Notes under the pieces: generated by a model | What the model saw: the letters and a program-made list of their open reading frames with translations, nothing else | Databases searched by the model: none | What the model was told of the DNA's origin: nothing | Shown here: positions 8,646 through 18,125 of the stretch, piece after piece | How positions within the stretch are numbered: the first letter of the stretch is position 1 | Layout of the letters: the number at the start of each line of letters is the position of its first letter | Translations under genes and position numbers: made by a program | DNA from: a virus | IMG/VR virus record: IMGVR_UViG_3300032093_000070 | Span: 1 to 64,000 of that record | Direction: 5' to 3' (one strand) | DNA length: 64,000 bases

Positions 8646-8909
8646 TTACGAAGCTTGGCTTTCTGAATTATCATCGGCTGGAGGGGTTGGAGGGGTAAAA
8701 AGCGCCCTAATTGAGGCAACAATGTCGTTACGGTCAAGGACAGCCACCAGCTCTCGGCATGCGGACTTCAGTTCAAATAATGAAATCGGCTGTGCCTCTG
8801 ACAGATCAAGCTCGGTGTTTAGGTTAGGAATAATACGATAGACATCATCCTCACCTTTAATAACAGTAAAACCAGTTTTGGCTTTTAGTAACGGGGTTTC
8901 TTCGGTCAT
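8646..8909 (-). CDS. hypothetical protein
   Basis: AAGGGA SD; ATGA overlap. Confidence 0.65.
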   Translation of the reverse strand: MTEETPLLKAKTGFTVIKGEDDVYRIIPNLNTELDLSEAQPISLFELKSACRELVAVLDRNDIVASIRALFTPPTPPADDNSESQAS

Positions 8910-9448
8910 TTGTATAGTCCCTTTTCTGTGAAGGCTCTCTTTTGGTTGTACATCTTAACAGGACAGAAGTCACAAAGGTAAATCTTTGCTTTAGACTTGG
9001 CTAAGCCAGCCTCTTTTCTTTCTGCCTTGGTATCTGGCTCTAACACTTTTTTGTCAGACTTATAGTCCGAGCACTGACCCTTGGGTCTATTGTGGAGTCC
9101 GTAGCAGGTCATGGCATCAGCTGAATAAGTGTCCTTGACATTGTAAAAGTCACCAAATACATCTAAGCCAGACGACCCGCCGGCAAGCATTTGCTCTTTG
9201 ATCTTTTCAATTGTTGCTTTTTTAATATCAGGATGACCCAACCAAGCCACTGCTGGGATATCTAAAAGGCGACCAACATGTCCTTGTTTCTCATGTGGTT
9301 CCACAACCATCGGTAAAAATGGGTTGTTGCTTTGATCGTACTTCCCGTCTCCGAGGTACTTTCCGTTGTTTACATATGGGATCTCTTCGATGCTTTTGCA
9401 TTGGTAGCAAACGAGGAGAAGGAGGTAACTGACTTCCGTATCTGACAT
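8906..9448 (-). CDS. hypothetical zinc-binding protein (leaderless)
   Basis: CYQC, C-x3-H, CDFC. Confidence 0.75.
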   Translation of the reverse strand: MSDTEVSYLLLLVCYQCKSIEEIPYVNNGKYLGDGKYDQSNNPFLPMVVEPHEKQGHVGRLLDIPAVAWLGHPDIKKATIEKIKEQMLAGGSSGLDVFGDFYNVKDTYSADAMTCYGLHNRPKGQCSDYKSDKKVLEPDTKAERKEAGLAKSKAKIYLCDFCPVKMYNQKRAFTEKGLYK

Positions 9449-9476
9449 GTCGGAAGCCTAGCATAGATTTATTGGC

Positions 9477-9758
9477 TTACGGGTAAAATTTGGAGGGCTT
9501 GTCGGGGGCGGAACTAATCTTCCACCAGCCACCTTCTCTACCACTTCCCGCGGTTTCAGCGCGTTCTGCAACTTCTAGGCGAGAAAGGTACGCTCTCTCA
9601 TCATCTGTCCAACCCGCAGCATCTAGCTTGGACTTTTTGTTTTTTGCCATGCGACGGCGGTTACCCTTGTAACTTTGTTCATCTGGATCAACCACATTTA
9701 CATGGCTAATTGGATTTTGAAAAACTCTGCGTGAGTCTTTAGAACGATCCTTTGGCAC
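9477..9758 (-). CDS. small protein with N-terminal PKDRSKDSRR motif
   Basis: GTG overlapping the upstream TAG. Confidence 0.65.
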   Translation of the reverse strand: MPKDRSKDSRRVFQNPISHVNVVDPDEQSYKGNRRRMAKNKKSKLDAAGWTDDERAYLSRLEVAERAETAGSGREGGWWKISSAPDKPSKFYP

Positions 9759-9934
9759 TATTCTGCACCAGGCGCTGGACGCTTACGATCCGCGTATTCT
9801 TCAAAAGACTCCCAATCTGGGTGACCTTTTGATAAACCAGGATTTATTTTCTTTTCAAAATCATTGACATCTTCTTGGGTCATATCCCCATAAACAAAAC
9901 GACGTTTTGGGTCGTTAGCTCTGTCTTTAGGCAT
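9758..9934 (-). CDS. 58 aa protein with N-terminal PKDRANDPKRR motif (not in ORF track)
   Basis: AGGT SD; fills the gap exactly; MPKDRANDPKRRFVYGD...PAPGAE. Confidence 0.7.
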   Translation of the reverse strand: MPKDRANDPKRRFVYGDMTQEDVNDFEKKINPGLSKGHPDWESFEEYADRKRPAPGAE

Positions 9935-9935
9935 A

Positions 9936-10145
9936 TTAGTTACCTGCTGGGTTTACTTTTGCTGGCTCTTCTGAATTGATGAATCCATAGTTCATATATG
10001 GGTGCAAACCAGCGCGGTTCTTGACGACGAGCTGATCTCCCATACCCGCAGCCAAAGTAGTATTAGGACGACGCTTACGGTACTTGCCGTCAGTTCCGCC
10101 CTCGTTCAACTCTGCGTTCTGTGAACGTGAAATGTTTACTGTCAT
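9936..10145 (-). CDS. hypothetical small protein
   Basis: ATGA overlap; TDGKYRK motif. Confidence 0.7.
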   Translation of the reverse strand: MTVNISRSQNAELNEGGTDGKYRKRRPNTTLAAGMGDQLVVKNRAGLHPYMNYGFINSEEPAKVNPAGN

Positions 10146-10375
10146 GCCATTCGGCCTTTCACTAGTTTGCTTAGCTTACGACGCTTGCAGGATGGGCAAA
10201 TGTCTTCGCTTAACAATGATTGTACGGGGTTCATTAGAATCCCGCATGCTTGACAGCCTCTGGAACCGTTATAAACGGTGTCTTTTAGCTCCTGCTGGGT
10301 CTCTAAACTGACATCAGTAGCGCCGGCCATACCCTCGCCAGTGCTATCTGTAAACAATCCAGGATCATTACTCAT
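10142..10375 (-). CDS. small zinc-ribbon protein
   Basis: Start at MSNDPGLF; CQAC...CPSC. Confidence 0.65.
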   Translation of the reverse strand: MSNDPGLFTDSTGEGMAGATDVSLETQQELKDTVYNGSRGCQACGILMNPVQSLLSEDICPSCKRRKLSKLVKGRMA

Positions 10376-10568
10376 TGTTGTCTTTTCTTTTTTCTTTATT
10401 GTAAAAAGGGTCTCCAGCCTTTTTCCAAGCTTCATAGCTTCTATTAAAGGCGTTTTCGTCAACCTCTTCTTCACGTCTTTTGTTTAAAGTTTTTTGCTTA
10501 CCCGCAGCCTCACTAACATTAATACTGGGGGCACGATCTTGATCAAAATCTCTATTATTGCGTCCCAT
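10368..10568 (-). CDS. small charged protein beginning MGRNNRDF
   Basis: GGAG SD before ATG 10568. Confidence 0.65.
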   Translation of the reverse strand: MGRNNRDFDQDRAPSINVSEAAGKQKTLNKRREEEVDENAFNRSYEAWKKAGDPFYNKEKRKDNNE

Positions 10569-10569
10569 A

Positions 10570-10926
10570 TTAAACTCCATACCCTAGGGTGTTTCGGCTC
10601 GAACTCTGTGGGGTGTTCGGGCTCTGGCTAAAGTCTGATTCTACTCTCTGTTGAGCCCTGCGTGGTAGCTCAATTATGTCTTCTATTCCAAGTTCGCTCT
10701 CTGTATAGCCAAGTCGATCTGGGAAAAGCTGGATTTGAGGCAGTGGTGGGCGAACATGCTCTTGAAGCTCTGGGCCACTCATTGTCAATGCGGCTAAGGA
10801 CTGGCTTAGTAGTCGCTCTTGATTAGACTGAAATGGACCAATGTATTCTTGTGGAGGATACGCAGCCTCTGGCGGCGCAATCCATGGTTTACGAGCGTAA
10901 ACGCCATCCGCATATAAACCAGCCAT
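10570..10926 (-). CDS. hypothetical Pro/Gln-rich protein
   Basis: GGAG SD; TAATG overlap. Confidence 0.7.
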   Translation of the reverse strand: MAGLYADGVYARKPWIAPPEAAYPPQEYIGPFQSNQERLLSQSLAALTMSGPELQEHVRPPLPQIQLFPDRLGYTESELGIEDIIELPRRAQQRVESDFSQSPNTPQSSSRNTLGYGV

Positions 10927-11234
10927 TACTTATCTCCAAAGTTTTTCTTGTCTAATCCAGCAGCTTCTTCTTTAGTGATGTGCCCATCTTTCAAAGCACT
11001 TTGTATATCGGATGGGTTAGGGGTTTTAGCAACATCGGATCCGGGTGGTACATGCGTAGTCCAACGATCTTTACCATCATCCATTCTTAATCTAAGCTTG
11101 CTTGTTCCAGTTTTATTCTCAACAATTTCTTCAATCTTTCCAGTTATCCCAGAACTGTGAGTTGTATACATATCTCCTAATTTAGGTGGTGTGTACTTCC
11201 TTCTAGGATCGTTAGATCTATCTGGTGCGGACAT
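10926..11234 (-). CDS. small protein with N-terminal PDRSNDPRRK motif and SH3-like core
   Basis: TAATG overlap; GD-x-Y...SGITGKIEEI...RLR...RWTT. Confidence 0.65.
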   Translation of the reverse strand: MSAPDRSNDPRRKYTPPKLGDMYTTHSSGITGKIEEIVENKTGTSKLRLRMDDGKDRWTTHVPPGSDVAKTPNPSDIQSALKDGHITKEEAAGLDKKNFGDK

Positions 11235-11767
11235 TATCGCCACCCCGGACGCATACGCGCCATTTGATCCACACGACGTTTATCTAATGCCTGTGGTGAT
11301 GTGCTACGCATATTTGCTTTACCATCATTTGGTAGATGTGGAGCTGGCGCAACAGTCGCATCCTCTACATAGCGTGGGCTCATGTAAACAGTTCCGCTCT
11401 TTGCAGCTTTCATTTGTCTACGAATACCACGCATGTTATCTAGACCAGCTGGGTAGTAATACTCAGACTGATCAATGCGCTCGCCTTTGTGAACACCGCG
11501 TTCGTACGAGCGTTGACCTACTCGTACTTTAAGGCTATTTAATACTGTTTCTGATGTGCTGTTTGGGCGACCACGATCATCGCGTCTTGTACGAATTGTA
11601 CCTAGGTAGCCATCTGGATATTCTGCTTGCGGTGCTCGACCCACACCCATACGTAAAAAGTCGAGCTCAGAACGAGCAACTGGTACACCGCCGCCACCAT
11701 AATTGGTATATGTTCCATACATACCTCCAGCACCGAGGTTTTGTGTATTTTGATGGCTACCAGGCAT
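11234..11767 (-). CDS. hypothetical Arg/Gly-rich protein
   Basis: YPDGYLGTI...RGVHKGERID; 177 aa. Confidence 0.75.
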   Translation of the reverse strand: MPGSHQNTQNLGAGGMYGTYTNYGGGGVPVARSELDFLRMGVGRAPQAEYPDGYLGTIRTRRDDRGRPNSTSETVLNSLKVRVGQRSYERGVHKGERIDQSEYYYPAGLDNMRGIRRQMKAAKSGTVYMSPRYVEDATVAPAPHLPNDGKANMRSTSPQALDKRRVDQMARMRPGWR

Positions 11768-11772
11768 AACAC

Positions 11773-12975
11773 CTATGGTAAGCGGTTTTCTCCTGCCAGT
11801 ACCGCTAAATCACGGCGTGGATCGTAACCTTCTCCAACAACTAAACCAACAATACCTGTTGGGGACTCTAAACCTTTACGGTCTCTAAACCAAGCGCTTC
11901 CGCCATCCATGGCTGGTAATTGGATCCATAATCTTGGGCCAACTTGTGCGGCATGGAAATGATGAAAGTGTCCAGTAATTAAAACATCTGCGGATCCAAC
12001 TGGTGTCTTACCTGTTGCTTGTCCGTACCACCACTTACCCATGTCTTTTGCTTGGTGTCCGTGAGCCAAACCTAAAATAGTTCCGCCCAAATCAATTGCT
12101 AAGGTAGCGTGATCAGGAGCTGGATATCTAAACTCAACATGAGCGAGCGCTGGGTTTTCCGCACACGCATCTTGAACCGCAGACGCTACTTCAATTTGCC
12201 ATGAGTCAATAGGATCAGTCAACACAAACCGATGCGCTTCATCATGGTTACCCGGCACCACTGGAATAATTAACTTGTCGCAAAGTGGGGCAAATGCCTT
12301 AATCCACTGCATAAGGACACGGCGACCAATGCGAACCTGCTGGGTTATACCTAAGTCACTTCGTCCTAATACTTTTCCGCCTTGTGATGTTGAACCTTCT
12401 ATGCAATCACCGAGCTGAGGGAGGACAACAGTTCCTATTTTTCGACCTAGCTTTAGGAGCTCCTTGTGACGGGCTACTGATTCGTCTATCGCTTTTAAAA
12501 CTCTGTGAACTGTAGCTTCCGTTCCACCGCCCGCGTCCTTCCCATACTGTGTGTCCCCGATCGCGTAAATAGCGTATAAGGGACCCGTGTGAGTCTCCTG
12601 CTTGCCTGGTTTCCATTTAACTATTTCCTCAACTAATTTGTCGTAATCTTCGCCTGTGTAAACAAATCCATCTTGTAACGCTGGCTTTACGGATACTCGT
12701 GCAGCCTCTAACCATTCACCGTCATATCTTTGCCAACGGCTTTTCCTAACACTAACTACCTGCCATACATTTGGATCTAGATCAAAGTCTTTAAATAAAT
12801 CAACAGCGTCTGGTAATTCTCCAGCTGTTCTAGGTGTTGATATAAAAAATCCGCCCTGCTCATCAAGCTCTAGGCGGGCTCTCCAATCTTGTGGAGTATT
12901 TGCGTTTTTAACATCAGATCCGGCACCATTTAAAGAAGCCGAAATAATACTTAAGATATCTTTTGACATGGGCAC
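11773..12975 (-). CDS. calcineurin-like metallophosphoesterase (Mre11-like)
   Basis: GDTQ, LGDCIEG, PGNHDE, AHGH, GHFHH motifs. Confidence 0.9.
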   Translation of the reverse strand: MPMSKDILSIISASLNGAGSDVKNANTPQDWRARLELDEQGGFFISTPRTAGELPDAVDLFKDFDLDPNVWQVVSVRKSRWQRYDGEWLEAARVSVKPALQDGFVYTGEDYDKLVEEIVKWKPGKQETHTGPLYAIYAIGDTQYGKDAGGGTEATVHRVLKAIDESVARHKELLKLGRKIGTVVLPQLGDCIEGSTSQGGKVLGRSDLGITQQVRIGRRVLMQWIKAFAPLCDKLIIPVVPGNHDEAHRFVLTDPIDSWQIEVASAVQDACAENPALAHVEFRYPAPDHATLAIDLGGTILGLAHGHQAKDMGKWWYGQATGKTPVGSADVLITGHFHHFHAAQVGPRLWIQLPAMDGGSAWFRDRKGLESPTGIVGLVVGEGYDPRRDLAVLAGENRLP

Positions 12976-13214
12976 TTTCCTCTAAAATGAGTGCGAAATG
13001 AAGTTAGTCCAAAAGGTAGGTCGTCAGCATCAAATAAATCTTGATACATGCCGTTCAAACTTACTAATTCGTTCTTTTCTTTTATTAAGGCAAATGCTTG
13101 TTTTTCTTGTTCTGTCAAAGTATCAATCCATTTACCAACAACGCAGCCTTCTTTTGCACCGTCTAAGTGTCTCTGCAATATATTAAGAACTTGTGTGTTC
13201 TCTTTTGTCGGCAT
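12951..13214 (-). CDS. hypothetical protein
   Basis: GAGGAG SD; C-terminal HFRGKCPC. Confidence 0.7.
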   Translation of the reverse strand: MPTKENTQVLNILQRHLDGAKEGCVVGKWIDTLTEQEKQAFALIKEKNELVSLNGMYQDLFDADDLPFGLTSFRTHFRGKCPCQKIS

Positions 13215-13266
13215 CCGCTCTCCTCTGTCAGATTTTGACAGGAAAAGATTACCACACAAATGGGAC

Positions 13267-13292
13267 AAAAAAACCCCGCTAAAAAGCGGGGC
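13267..13292 (-). terminator. intrinsic terminator
   Basis: On minus strand CCCCGC-ttttta-GCGGGG then TTTTTTT. Confidence 0.85.
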
Positions 13293-13307
13293 TAATTTGT
13301 CGACAAA

Positions 13308-13658
13308 TTAATTTAAGTCGGCTGATCCAGCTTGGAAGTTAGGAGCTTGGCGCTTGACTGCTGAGGTAAAAATGCGACCATTTGATTGAGTAGCACCTGC
13401 TTCTGGTGCAACAGTGGCATTCATCTTTACTCCAACGCCATAACGAGCACCATAACTAGTTGCTCCCGCATGCTTAACATTCTTGCGTGAAGGTTTTGCT
13501 TGCTTATATGGATCGGCAGCCTGTGCGCCCTTTTTCTTTACAAGGGTGCCGGCTTTTGGAGACGCGGAAGGCGTCTTAAACTTTAGACCCGAAGCGTTTT
13601 CGGTACCCGCACTTACGGGCGCGATTGGCGCTGGGTTCTTCTTTGAATCTTTGTTCAT
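13308..13658 (-). CDS. basic Ala/Lys/Pro-rich protein
   Basis: AAGGAG SD; ends just before terminator. Confidence 0.7.
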   Translation of the reverse strand: MNKDSKKNPAPIAPVSAGTENASGLKFKTPSASPKAGTLVKKKGAQAADPYKQAKPSRKNVKHAGATSYGARYGVGVKMNATVAPEAGATQSNGRIFTSAVKRQAPNFQAGSADLN

Positions 13659-13717
13659 AATACTCCTTGGCCTAAGGGTTTCAATAAATGTACGGCATAA
13701 CGCCTACAAATACAGCC

Positions 13718-13996
13718 CTAATTAGCCACTACAAGGAATACGATGGCTGAGATCTGGCCGTCATGGCTCTCAATACTGGCAAAACCAGGAATACAGCTCA
13801 AATCCAAGCCTCTTGGCGCTGTATAGCCACGTGCAATTGCAATTGCCTTCACGGCTTGATTTACGGCTCCAGCACCTACCGCACGGATCTTGCATTGGCG
13901 ATTCTCATAAATTGCGTGAGCAATAGCTGAAGCGACTGATTGGGGGTTAGATCCGGCGGATACCCGCAGGATGTTTTCGGTTTGTTCTGATGTCAT
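13718..13996 (-). CDS. spoVS: SpoVS family (Alba-like) protein
   Basis: LRVSAGSNP-x-SVASAIA...AVGAGAVNQAVKAIAIARG...IPGF matches the SpoVS pattern. Confidence 0.9.
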   Translation of the reverse strand: MTSEQTENILRVSAGSNPQSVASAIAHAIYENRQCKIRAVGAGAVNQAVKAIAIARGYTAPRGLDLSCIPGFASIESHDGQISAIVFLVVAN

Positions 13997-14052
13997 TGTT
14001 ACCTCGGTTTACGAATAGTGGTTTCCCCGTCCGTAAAGTATGAGGTAATTTA

Positions 14053-14235
14053 CTAACTCTTTGTGTCTAAAGGTGTTGGGGCAGTTGCTAAATTACCGCA
14101 CAATGAGCATTCCATATCAAGCATGTATAGGGATATAGCCCCGTCATCATCAAACATAGCCTTTACATCCCATAGCATTGAGCCACAGGAACATATCCGT
14201 AATGGATTGTCTTTATCCCTAAGATCTAGTGCCAT
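14053..14235 (-). CDS. small zinc-ribbon protein
   Basis: ICSCGS...ECSLCG. Confidence 0.7.
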   Translation of the reverse strand: MALDLRDKDNPLRICSCGSMLWDVKAMFDDDGAISLYMLDMECSLCGNLATAPTPLDTKS

Positions 14236-14392
14236 TAGATTGACCACCATCCTTGTAAAGTAGCTTTACCGCTTGCGATCCAGTCTCTATGAAGCTCATG
14301 CTGTTTAGTCCAGTCCGTTCTATGTGAGGGCTTTCCGCAGAAAGGGCACGGGTCAGAGTCAACCTCTTCGTAAACATGACGGCAATACTCAT
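14219..14392 (-). CDS. hypothetical small protein
   Basis: ATGA overlap at 14389-14392. Confidence 0.4.
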   Translation of the reverse strand: MSIAVMFTKRLTLTRALSAESPHIERTGLNSMSFIETGSQAVKLLYKDGGQSNGTRS

Positions 14393-14559
14393 TGCCCACC
14401 CCATCCGCCTCCCTTAAATATTACGCCAGCTGGGGCTGAATAGTATCGATCCATGGGGTTTTTGCAGAGGGGGCAGTCCATTGACTTTTCGTCGTTAATA
14501 CCGAACTGTGCCGATCCATAAGACTGACACTTAGAACACTTGAACTCGTATGTTGGCAT
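14389..14559 (-). CDS. FmdB-family zinc-ribbon protein (not in ORF track)
   Basis: MPTYEFKCSKC...CPLC...MDR...IFKGGGW. Confidence 0.85.
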   Translation of the reverse strand: MPTYEFKCSKCQSYGSAQFGINDEKSMDCPLCKNPMDRYYSAPAGVIFKGGGWGGQ

Positions 14560-15107
14560 TATTTCTCCCTAAATTTAGGATCCTGAAGTTTAGCGTAAAT
14601 TTCTTTTTCGTAGGCTAATGAATGTCTGCCAGACACTAAATGAGCCAAAGCATAGGAGTCGGCGGCGTTGTCGTCGTTTATATCTATTCCCCATTTTTTA
14701 TACACATGCAAAAGAATCTGACTTTTTGATATGCCTTGACCCTTGCCAGTTACATACTTCTTTAAACTGGTAGGAGGAACAATCAAGGGATAGTACGGAC
14801 CTAGTTCATGTAAAGTAACCTTTACAAGACCACCGAGCTCACCCAACATGTTAGCCATTTGACTACCAAACGCATACCCTTCTATTGCTACATCATTAAT
14901 AGATTTAAATTGCAAAACATTGGACATATGATGTTTTATGTCAACTAACCTATCTACCCCACGCAATGGGGATTTATAAACAGTTGTTGAATGTCCCGTG
15001 TTGTTTAATAGAGTTATAGCAAATCCACTATAGGACTGATCAATACCCACATACACAGGATTATCGTTTAAATCCCCTTGTGTAAATACTTTTATGGCAC
15101 TAGCCAT
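14559..15107 (-). CDS. RuvC-like Holliday junction resolvase
   Basis: VGIDQS, IEGY, LKKYVTGKG, DNAADS. Confidence 0.85.
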   Translation of the reverse strand: MASAIKVFTQGDLNDNPVYVGIDQSYSGFAITLLNNTGHSTTVYKSPLRGVDRLVDIKHHMSNVLQFKSINDVAIEGYAFGSQMANMLGELGGLVKVTLHELGPYYPLIVPPTSLKKYVTGKGQGISKSQILLHVYKKWGIDINDDNAADSYALAHLVSGRHSLAYEKEIYAKLQDPKFREK

Positions 15108-15589
15108 GAACTACGCCCTGTAGATTTATTTATATTTACTCGACGGGTGATCTCACGATTAATAAAAGAAATGTCTTTAGATAGACGATCTGAAATGATT
15201 TGTATTAAACCGTGGTAATTAGATAACTCCTGAAAGACATCAAACTTTTCTCTGTACTCTGGATCTACTTCTACCTCGGCGTCTATCATGGCTACTGCTT
15301 TGCCAGAATTCTTTAACTCTAATTTTTTTCCGGCCCTCTTTAAATTCATAATCTTTTCCGCCTCAGCTTTATCAACTTGAGCGCACCACAATTGAAGGTT
15401 AATAAATTCTAAATAAGCAACATACTTGGCGTACAACTCCATAACCTGCTCGTCTGACATGCCTGTAATGTCTGACGGTAAAGTTGGAGCGTCGTACCCG
15501 TACTGCTCATTGACTAAAAGACCTTGTGATTTTAAAGTAGCAATAGTCTTGTTGCTAGCCTCGGCAACCCGTAGCTCAATTGGACTCAT
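15092..15589 (-). CDS. helical protein, possible UvsY-like recombination mediator
   Basis: Coiled-coil with DPEY...REITRR; lies in the RecA/exonuclease cluster. Confidence 0.4.
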   Translation of the reverse strand: MSPIELRVAEASNKTIATLKSQGLLVNEQYGYDAPTLPSDITGMSDEQVMELYAKYVAYLEFINLQLWCAQVDKAEAEKIMNLKRAGKKLELKNSGKAVAMIDAEVEVDPEYREKFDVFQELSNYHGLIQIISDRLSKDISFINREITRRVNINKSTGRSSWLVP

Positions 15590-16442
15590 CTGTGTAACCT
15601 CCACATCTCTTGCACCCAGTGGTGCCAATATTACAGACAGGTGGAGTTTTGTTGGCAACCGCGTCGGCAATCATCTGAGCTGCTTCAAATAAATGGCTGA
15701 TGCCAAAATCACTTTTAGGGACTACAAACTCTTTGGCTTCTTGGTTTGATTTAGATTCATAAACCAATACAGCTTCTTGAGGTTTGTATTCTAGATCTAA
15801 TAGTTCAGCAAGTTTCATGTAGATTTGAACTTGATTTACATGCTTCATAAAAGGGCTAGTAACTGCTTTCCAAGTCTTGTCAAAGTCACCGTTGTTCTCA
15901 GCAAATAACTCACCTGCTTCCCACCGCAAAGTACCAGCGCCGATGGATTTAATCTCAAGCATTAATGGATCACCCATATCTAAAAGTAAGCCGTCTGAGT
16001 GCCCAGCTATATGTAACTTTGGGTAATTTAATGTGACTTCTAAATACTCATAGCCATGCAACGGCACTTTTGGATCGTGATCTTTAGGTCGTCCCCAAAA
16101 AATCTCATTGCACTCATGACATTTCCATTTGCCCCAAAGGGTTCCCATTTCTTTAAACCAATTTTGCCACTTAGCGTGAATTGCATGACCCTCTTCAAAT
16201 ACAGAAAGGATTCTAAAACTGTAATCTCTTTTTACTGGTGTGTGACCAAGGATGTGAAAGTAAGAAGCTCTATGGCACCACGCATCGTCAACCATATCTG
16301 AAGGATGTAGAACATTTGTTCGCCTAGATGTATCCATAGGCTTTGAAAGAACATGGCGCTCGACAGATCCTAGAACTCTAGTCTTTATCTTGCCAGCTTC
16401 TATAAAATCTTTTAAGGATCCGGTTGGCTTGTACTGTGTCAT
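15576..16442 (-). CDS. Cas4-like PD-(D/E)xK exonuclease
   Basis: HPS...CHR, GHAIH, GHSDG, EIKS, QVQIYM and C-terminal Cys triad. Confidence 0.85.
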   Translation of the reverse strand: MTQYKPTGSLKDFIEAGKIKTRVLGSVERHVLSKPMDTSRRTNVLHPSDMVDDAWCHRASYFHILGHTPVKRDYSFRILSVFEEGHAIHAKWQNWFKEMGTLWGKWKCHECNEIFWGRPKDHDPKVPLHGYEYLEVTLNYPKLHIAGHSDGLLLDMGDPLMLEIKSIGAGTLRWEAGELFAENNGDFDKTWKAVTSPFMKHVNQVQIYMKLAELLDLEYKPQEAVLVYESKSNQEAKEFVVPKSDFGISHLFEAAQMIADAVANKTPPVCNIGTTGCKRCGGYTDESN

Positions 16443-16454
16443 GGCGTCAATCTA

Positions 16455-16766
16455 TCATGATTGACTGACATATTCCTCTAGCGACTTGCCCAGCTTTTTA
16501 GCTTTACGCTTAAGGGCATTGCGCTCACGATGGCTCATGCCACCCCAGATACCGTGTTGCTCTTCCATCTTTTCTGCGTACAACAAGCACTGTTTACGCA
16601 CTGGGCATTCAGGTAAACCATCTCGCCCAAAGCACACGGCCTTTGATACTTCCGCGATCTTGCGATACTTTGTTTTGTCTCGTGGCGGATACCAAAGCTC
16701 GGTGTCCATGCCACGGCATTTAGCTTTATAGCGCCAGGATTCTACGCTTCCTGTGTCTTCGTACAA
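16455..16766 (-). CDS. whiB: WhiB-family Fe-S transcription factor
   Basis: W-x4-C, AVC...CPVRKQC, GIWGG-x3-ER. Confidence 0.92.
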   Translation of the reverse strand: MYEDTGSVESWRYKAKCRGMDTELWYPPRDKTKYRKIAEVSKAVCFGRDGLPECPVRKQCLLYAEKMEEQHGIWGGMSHRERNALKRKAKKLGKSLEEYVSQS

Positions 16767-17083
16767 GTGTGCTCCTGAAGAGTCTGGCGAAGTTCCAGAA
16801 AATCATCTTCAGTTAGCATTACATAATTCTCATTATTGAGACTGAAGCCGAGGACCGGAGTCCGACCGTCAAGGATTGCTTCCTTAACAATCTTTTCCAA
16901 AACCGTCGCTTTAACGGTGAAGGAGGCTTTGCCAGTCCACTTGTGTTCTATTAACAAGTCCTTAGATCTGACATCGCCCTTACGACTCCAAAAAGATCCG
17001 CTTCCAGCGTTGCGCTGTCCACCTATCTTTTTTGATAGTCGTACCTCGTGCTTCTTTGACTCGCGTTGACCCTTACTCTTCAT
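16742..17083 (-). CDS. Hjc-like PD-(D/E)xK resolvase/endonuclease
   Basis: E...GSG...KGDV...LIEHK. Confidence 0.75.
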   Translation of the reverse strand: MKSKGQRESKKHEVRLSKKIGGQRNAGSGSFWSRKGDVRSKDLLIEHKWTGKASFTVKATVLEKIVKEAILDGRTPVLGFSLNNENYVMLTEDDFLELRQTLQEHTCTKTQEA

Positions 17084-18125
17084 TTACATGCTTTGACCCG
17101 GCTTTAATCGAGTCCAGCACATCCCGTTCTAAGGTCTCGCGCAAATCTATCTCCTCGCGTATGGAGCTAAGCATAGCATCAGAACCCTGCCACTGACGAT
17201 CCGCATACCTGTAGTAGGCACCAGCTCGTTTGATGACCTTGTTAAGCATGCCAATAGCCAAGATCTCTTTGGCAAAGTCAAAGGATCCAGCTGGGAGTTC
17301 TCCGCCTTCGGCAAAATAAAAGTCAACCAAAGCTACCTGTGAAGGAGGGGCGGACTTATTCTTCAATACTCTTACCTTGATGGTTTGCCCTACTCGGCGC
17401 TTTTCCTGCCCAGTGCCAGATTCAATCCAATCGTCTCTTCGTACCTCGATACGGGTGAAGAAGGCATAGTCTTTTCCCAATCCGCCTGGTGTTGTTCGTG
17501 GGTCTCCATACATTACTCCAATCTTTGATCGCCATTGGTTAATCATTAAACCAATGAATGGTCTTTCTGGTTTTGTAAGACTTCTCTTGCTGGCTTTACC
17601 GACCTTACGAAAGAATTTATTAGTAAGTAGCGCCCCACGTCCCACTGTAGCTGTCTCCATCTCCGCCGCATTTTCCGTCGTAGGGACGAGGGCGGGAAGA
17701 CTGTCAATGACAATACAATCCACAGCCTTTGACTGAGCGATTTGAACAACTGCCTCATATGCCTCTTCCATAATGTTTGTAGAAACTACATAGACTCGTG
17801 AAGGATCAACCCCACATATCTGAGCATACTCTGGCACCCACTCTTCTGCCGCTACCCACACCGTGGTGAACTCAGGATCTCTGGCTTGATTAGCCGCAAT
17901 CGTCTTCAAGGCTATAGCAGTCTTTCCGTTGCTTGCCTCACCAATAATTTCGTGCCATTGATTAGCTGGCCAGCCACCACCAAGTGCAACATCAACAGCA
18001 ACGGATCCGCTTGTAAGTCGTTTACCTGATTCTGTAATTTCTGAACCTAAAACAATAGTGTCATCGCCCATTTTTTTATTTATTGCGGCAAAAACTTTTG
18101 CCAAATCGCCAGTAAGAGTAGTCAT
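17073..18125 (-). CDS. recA: RecA recombinase
   Basis: LGGG, GEASNGKT, VIDSL, INQWR, TPGG. Confidence 0.93.
   Translation of the reverse strand: MTTLTGDLAKVFAAINKKMGDDTIVLGSEITESGKRLTSGSVAVDVALGGGWPANQWHEIIGEASNGKTAIALKTIAANQARDPEFTTVWVAAEEWVPEYAQICGVDPSRVYVVSTNIMEEAYEAVVQIAQSKAVDCIVIDSLPALVPTTENAAEMETATVGRGALLTNKFFRKVGKASKRSLTKPERPFIGLMINQWRSKIGVMYGDPRTTPGGLGKDYAFFTRIEVRRDDWIESGTGQEKRRVGQTIKVRVLKNKSAPPSQVALVDFYFAEGGELPAGSFDFAKEILAIGMLNKVIKRAGAYYRYADRQWQGSDAMLSSIREEIDLRETLERDVLDSIKAGSKHVNEE

Noticed and set aside
15576-16442. Cas4 as part of a CRISPR-Cas system
   Set aside because: Solo Cas4-like exonuclease in a recombination cluster; no other cas genes or array
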